Positions 60,116-64,000 of a stretch of DNA of 64,000 nucleotides are shown here, one piece after another; within the stretch, counting starts at the first letter, position 1, and each line of letters begins with the position of its first letter. A program made the translations under genes and the position numbers. The notes under the pieces are model-generated. The model was not told where the DNA came from. It ran no database searches and saw nothing but the letters and a program-made list of their open reading frames with translations. The stretch covers positions 62,001 through 126,000 of the IMG/VR virus record IMGVR_UViG_3300003860_000003, one strand, 5' to 3'. The DNA is from an uncultured virus (IMG/VR IMGVR_UViG_3300003860_000003). Its lineage: Duplodnaviria > Heunggongvirae > Uroviricota > Caudoviricetes.

Positions 60116-61945
60116 ATGGCAAAATTTAATTATGCACCTGGATTACCAGGATACGGAACACAAGGAGCAGATGGATCTGCAGGTAGTACAGGATTATCTA
60201 TGTATTTTTCAGATATTGATCCAGATACTAGTAGAACTGTCATTGAAGGAAAAATATTAGGCAATTATATGATATGGTCTGGTGCTGATGTGCCTTTACC
60301 AAACGGAAGAACATATCAAGATGGGGATCTTTTTATATCTTCAGAAGGAAGAATTTATGAAATAATTGGAGACACGTATGTTGAAACTACTATGTCTATA
60401 AACATATCAGGATATTTCACTGATAGTGGAGAAACTGCAATTAATGGTGCTTCTAGATATAGCAATACAAATCCTAGATATATTATAGATAATGTAATGA
60501 CTACTGTAGCTCAACCGTATGCTAATTATCCATCTGAAATATATGGAATTATTCCTAAATATTTTACAAGAATAGAATTTACAAATATAGATCAAAATTT
60601 TCAATATAATGCATTTAGTTTATTTTCTTCAGCAGATGGTGATGATATAAGAGCTATCGCAATAGTAAGAGATATTAATGATAATATTTTTAGAATAGGA
60701 AATGCTGATATAAATGGGTTAACACGAAATGTTAATATAACATTTGATGTTAGTTCATTAAGAGTTACAAAAGATGTAAATAATCTCTTTAATGCTAATA
60801 CATTAGAAGGTACTGTATTAACTAATTATGAAATGAAAATGAATCATTTAGTTGATCCAGTTTTTACTTATGATGATGGATATAGTAGTACAGACACTTC
60901 TTCATACTTATATTATGCAAATAATGGAACTGCTGAAGTATCAATATATTGGGATTTAACTAGATTAATAGATGGATATGATCCTGGTGTAATAAAAGCA
61001 GATTTAAATATTCATGTAGATGCATCAATAAGTAATAAATCTTTTGCTTTTGATATTCAACAAAATCCATCTTCTTTAGTTTTTAGAGAAATTGAATCAA
61101 GTGGGTCTGTATTGATAACAGGATTAGATACAGATAAACTTTATCATGCGTATCTTGACGTATATGAAAGAGGGTGGCAAAGACAATCAAAAAGAATAGC
61201 ACTTACTGATGCTGTAATATCAACATTTATGATTGATGTTAGCGGAGAGATAAATCCTTCATGGTTTACAGTACGTTGCCCATCTTCTGCATGGGGATTT
61301 AATGTTGAAGTATCATCTAATTATTCATATAGTGTTTCAAAAATTGATTATGGTCATGGAACTAGCTGGCTTACTTGGTCACCAGCTAACCCGCAACCTG
61401 CTCGTTTAAGATCTGATTGGTCAGCTCCACATGATGTATCTATTTTAGTTAGTGCATATAGTGGAACATCTGATAGAGATATTTTAATTAGATTTACTCC
61501 TACTATAGGAACAGCACGTGGGTTCTGGGTTTCACAACCCGGAACTGCTCCTTCAACTGGAAATATTGAATTAACTGCATATTGGGCAGATACACCAGGA
61601 CCTTACAATGGATATAAAGGAAGAGTTACTGTAGAACAATTAAGCGGTATTACGTGGATTACATATAGTACGGCTATGTCTATAACGCCTCTTCAAAATG
61701 GAACATATATATTTACTACAGTTCCAGCAGTGCCAGGAACATATAGATTTAATTTAGGAAATAATCAAGGGTATCCAGATACAATGAGTGTTTATATAGA
61801 TCCAGCAAATTCAACACAAATATTAAGACCTCGTAATCAATCATGGAGTGGTGTAGCAGGTTCTGGTAACGATGTATATTCTAGTTCATTTACTGTTACT
61901 GCAGGAGGATCATTTTTAGGATTCGTTAATTTATATACAGCTTAA
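60116..61945 (+). CDS. Hypothetical virion protein with possible C-terminal Ig-like domains
   Basis: N-terminal YAPGLPGYGTQGADG; beta-rich C-terminus (SWLTWSP...RDILIRF). Confidence 0.6.
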   Translation: MAKFNYAPGLPGYGTQGADGSAGSTGLSMYFSDIDPDTSRTVIEGKILGNYMIWSGADVPLPNGRTYQDGDLFISSEGRIYEIIGDTYVETTMSINISGYFTDSGETAINGASRYSNTNPRYIIDNVMTTVAQPYANYPSEIYGIIPKYFTRIEFTNIDQNFQYNAFSLFSSADGDDIRAIAIVRDINDNIFRIGNADINGLTRNVNITFDVSSLRVTKDVNNLFNANTLEGTVLTNYEMKMNHLVDPVFTYDDGYSSTDTSSYLYYANNGTAEVSIYWDLTRLIDGYDPGVIKADLNIHVDASISNKSFAFDIQQNPSSLVFREIESSGSVLITGLDTDKLYHAYLDVYERGWQRQSKRIALTDAVISTFMIDVSGEINPSWFTVRCPSSAWGFNVEVSSNYSYSVSKIDYGHGTSWLTWSPANPQPARLRSDWSAPHDVSILVSAYSGTSDRDILIRFTPTIGTARGFWVSQPGTAPSTGNIELTAYWADTPGPYNGYKGRVTVEQLSGITWITYSTAMSITPLQNGTYIFTTVPAVPGTYRFNLGNNQGYPDTMSVYIDPANSTQILRPRNQSWSGVAGSGNDVYSSSFTVTAGGSFLGFVNLYTA

Positions 61946-61959
61946 TAAATAATAAAAAT

Positions 61960-62790
61960 ATGGCAACCTTTAAAGAAACATTAACAAAAATTTGGAAATT
62001 CTTAAATAGTCCGTTCTTCGCTATTTCAGTTATAATTTTATTGATAATATTTGGTGCAATTACGTGTAATCGAATTATGAATCTTAAGCAAGATATTAGC
62101 AAAACAGATCAAAACATGCACGCAATGACAGATTCTCTGAAAACTGAAAGAAAAAGAAACGGCGAAATAATTGTTTCAATTGCAGGGTATATTGCAACTG
62201 AAAAAGAACTTAAAACTCTTAATAGAAAACTGTGGGATAAAATTCAAGAACAAGATGGAAGAATTCTTTCTCTTAATCATTCAATAGTTCTATTACAACA
62301 AGATTCTGCAACTTTAAGAAAACATCTTGTAGAAAAAGATAAACAAATTGCAAAACTACTAAAAATTGATGAAAACACTTATGTTGCTCCTTGGTCTTTA
62401 ACATATAAATATGATTCAACAAATTATGATATATTTGAAGGAAAAACTTACATAGGTGTACTAAGAAAAGATACTCTTGAATTAGCTCATATAGATACAG
62501 AATTAACAAAAAGATTAACTCAAATAGATTTGACTTGGGGACAAAAAGTTGAAGATAAAATGTTAAGAGTGTTTATACAAAGTAATTATCCAGGATTTAG
62601 TGTAAAACAAATGGAAGGTGTATTAATAGACCCTAATTCTAATCCTTGGGTAAAAACACTTACTAAAAAGAAACATTGGTTTAATGGATGGAGTATAGGA
62701 GTTGGAACAACAAGTGGCTGGGATATAACAAGTGGCAAATTTGGCTGGGTTGTAGGACCTAGTTTTCAATATAGCATATATAGTTGGTAA
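61960..62790 (+). CDS. Membrane-anchored coiled-coil protein with C-terminal beta hairpin (spanin-like candidate)
   Basis: N-terminal TM segment (FFAISVIILLIIFGAI), coiled coil, amphipathic C-terminus ending in W. Confidence 0.5.
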   Translation: MATFKETLTKIWKFLNSPFFAISVIILLIIFGAITCNRIMNLKQDISKTDQNMHAMTDSLKTERKRNGEIIVSIAGYIATEKELKTLNRKLWDKIQEQDGRILSLNHSIVLLQQDSATLRKHLVEKDKQIAKLLKIDENTYVAPWSLTYKYDSTNYDIFEGKTYIGVLRKDTLELAHIDTELTKRLTQIDLTWGQKVEDKMLRVFIQSNYPGFSVKQMEGVLIDPNSNPWVKTLTKKKHWFNGWSIGVGTTSGWDITSGKFGWVVGPSFQYSIYSW

Positions 62791-62811
62791 TAAATAAAAT
62801 AAAAATATAAA

Positions 62812-64000
62812 ATGGCATCAAATATAAGTAAATATATCCAATTAAATGATTTTCTTCTTCTTGAATACGAATTCAATAAAGATGCTGTTGAAACATCATT
62901 AACATCGGCCAGTGTTGTTGTAACAACACTTGGAACTAAATATTTTTATGAAGGAGATGCTGCTTTAGGTGGAACAAATAATATTTTACCCTTAAATTCA
63001 GTACCTACTAATTCTCAGCGAACTACTTGGTTTTTTGATGCTTCTGTGTATTTAACTACATATCCTCCTTATTTTACTTCTGTTACTCCTACAACTACTA
63101 CAACATATACTTATGATACTGTTAAAATTCATATTGTATCGGGATATAATTTTGATGATATAGGTGGATTTCTTCTTCAATTGAGAGCACTTGATACAGC
63201 TGGTGCTTTAGTTGATTTAGCAAACTTTACATATGCAAAACAATCGCAAACATTTGGAACTAATGTTATAAAATTTGCAACTAATACATTGTTCCTCGGA
63301 AACAGATTTTATGATAAATATATAGAATTTAAAGTTCCTTGCGTTCAAGCATTAGGCGGAGATGTAGCTACAGATTTAGGACAAGCACTTCAAATTACAT
63401 CTTTAAGTGATGTATATGCTACATATAGTACAATATTTGATATCGTTAGTAATCAATTTACTGTAGATGAAATAATAAATGTTCAACTTCCAGTATCAAG
63501 TGTTGCAGATAATTTTAATTGTTTTATTGCTGAATCAACTGCTGGAGATTATATAGAGTATTATGCTACATGGAATAATTTAATAATAGGAAATTATATG
63601 GGTGATATTGAAAGTGGAAGAATAAAATTATACACTTCAAATAATCCAAATGATAATTATAATTCATTTGTAGACATATATGGAATGGGAACAAGTAAAT
63701 GGATAATTATTCATGAAATTTCTGTATATGAACAATTAGCAGGCGCTGGAGGAACATCATTATTAACACAAAAATATTCTTTTACTCAAGATGCAGATTT
63801 TTCAATTGCAAATTATTTTCGTCCTATTCTTAGAAATGCTGATATTGATGCATCTTATACAATTCAATATACATGTAGATTAACAAATAGAATGGATGGA
63901 ACTCAAATTATTAGAAAAGCATCATTTTCTTCGCCAAATCCTAAAAAATATGGATTAAGATTTACTAGATTAAATGTAGATAATTTAATACCCTATAAAA
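62812..64000 (+). CDS. Hypothetical structural protein, 3'-truncated
   Basis: ATG at 62812 (MASNISKYIQLNDFLLLEYEF...); appears open to the window end; absent from the ORF track. Confidence 0.7.
   Translation, partial: MASNISKYIQLNDFLLLEYEFNKDAVETSLTSASVVVTTLGTKYFYEGDAALGGTNNILPLNSVPTNSQRTTWFFDASVYLTTYPPYFTSVTPTTTTTYTYDTVKIHIVSGYNFDDIGGFLLQLRALDTAGALVDLANFTYAKQSQTFGTNVIKFATNTLFLGNRFYDKYIEFKVPCVQALGGDVATDLGQALQITSLSDVYATYSTIFDIVSNQFTVDEIINVQLPVSSVADNFNCFIAESTAGDYIEYYATWNNLIIGNYMGDIESGRIKLYTSNNPNDNYNSFVDIYGMGTSKWIIIHEISVYEQLAGAGGTSLLTQKYSFTQDADFSIANYFRPILRNADIDASYTIQYTCRLTNRMDGTQIIRKASFSSPNPKKYGLRFTRLNVDNLIPYK

Noticed and set aside
1..64000. Stop-codon reassignment as in some large phages
   Set aside because: Genes tile densely under the standard code, and TAG and TGA both end genes at tight junctions.
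1..64000. tRNA, rRNA or intron elements
   Set aside because: Intergenic gaps are short and AT-rich, no cloverleaf or intron core was seen, and the genes flanking the endonucleases look uninterrupted.

Overview
This AT-rich window looks like the virion-structural region of a large tailed phage with T4-like (myovirus) architecture, probably a jumbo phage. Most genes have A-rich starts without a Shine-Dalgarno sequence, which hints at a Bacteroidota-like host (inference). Recognisable by motif: a gp5-like OB-fold spike/hub, gp25-, gp6- and gp7-like baseplate proteins, a gp13-like neck protein, HNH and GIY-YIG homing endonucleases, Hsp20, a ribosomal protein S1-like protein, a 2H phosphoesterase resembling T4 57B/Acb1, a degenerate amidoligase-like protein, a 1751-aa G-x-Q collagen-like fibre and a 5002-aa, 12-module LRR-like protein. 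The most striking feature is a shared peptide tag, (L/I)NE-KFxEESDP(I/V)xD(M/L)GIG, which I count 16 times in 11 otherwise unrelated ORFs. It occurs at N-termini and between domains of polyproteins, fused to ankyrin, LRR, Zn-finger, zincin-like and unknown cargo domains. It follows a leader and cleavage site resembling the T4 capsid-targeting sequence, suggesting a modular capsid-packaged, protease-processed, injected cargo system. Other signals: D-x-S enrichment in exterior virion proteins (candidate glycosylation sequon), a conserved ATATATAA(AA) promoter-like box, a homopolymer frameshift in one tagged gene, and a 10-bp inverted repeat linking the Hsp20 UTRs. All assignments come from reading the sequence by eye; no database searches were run.
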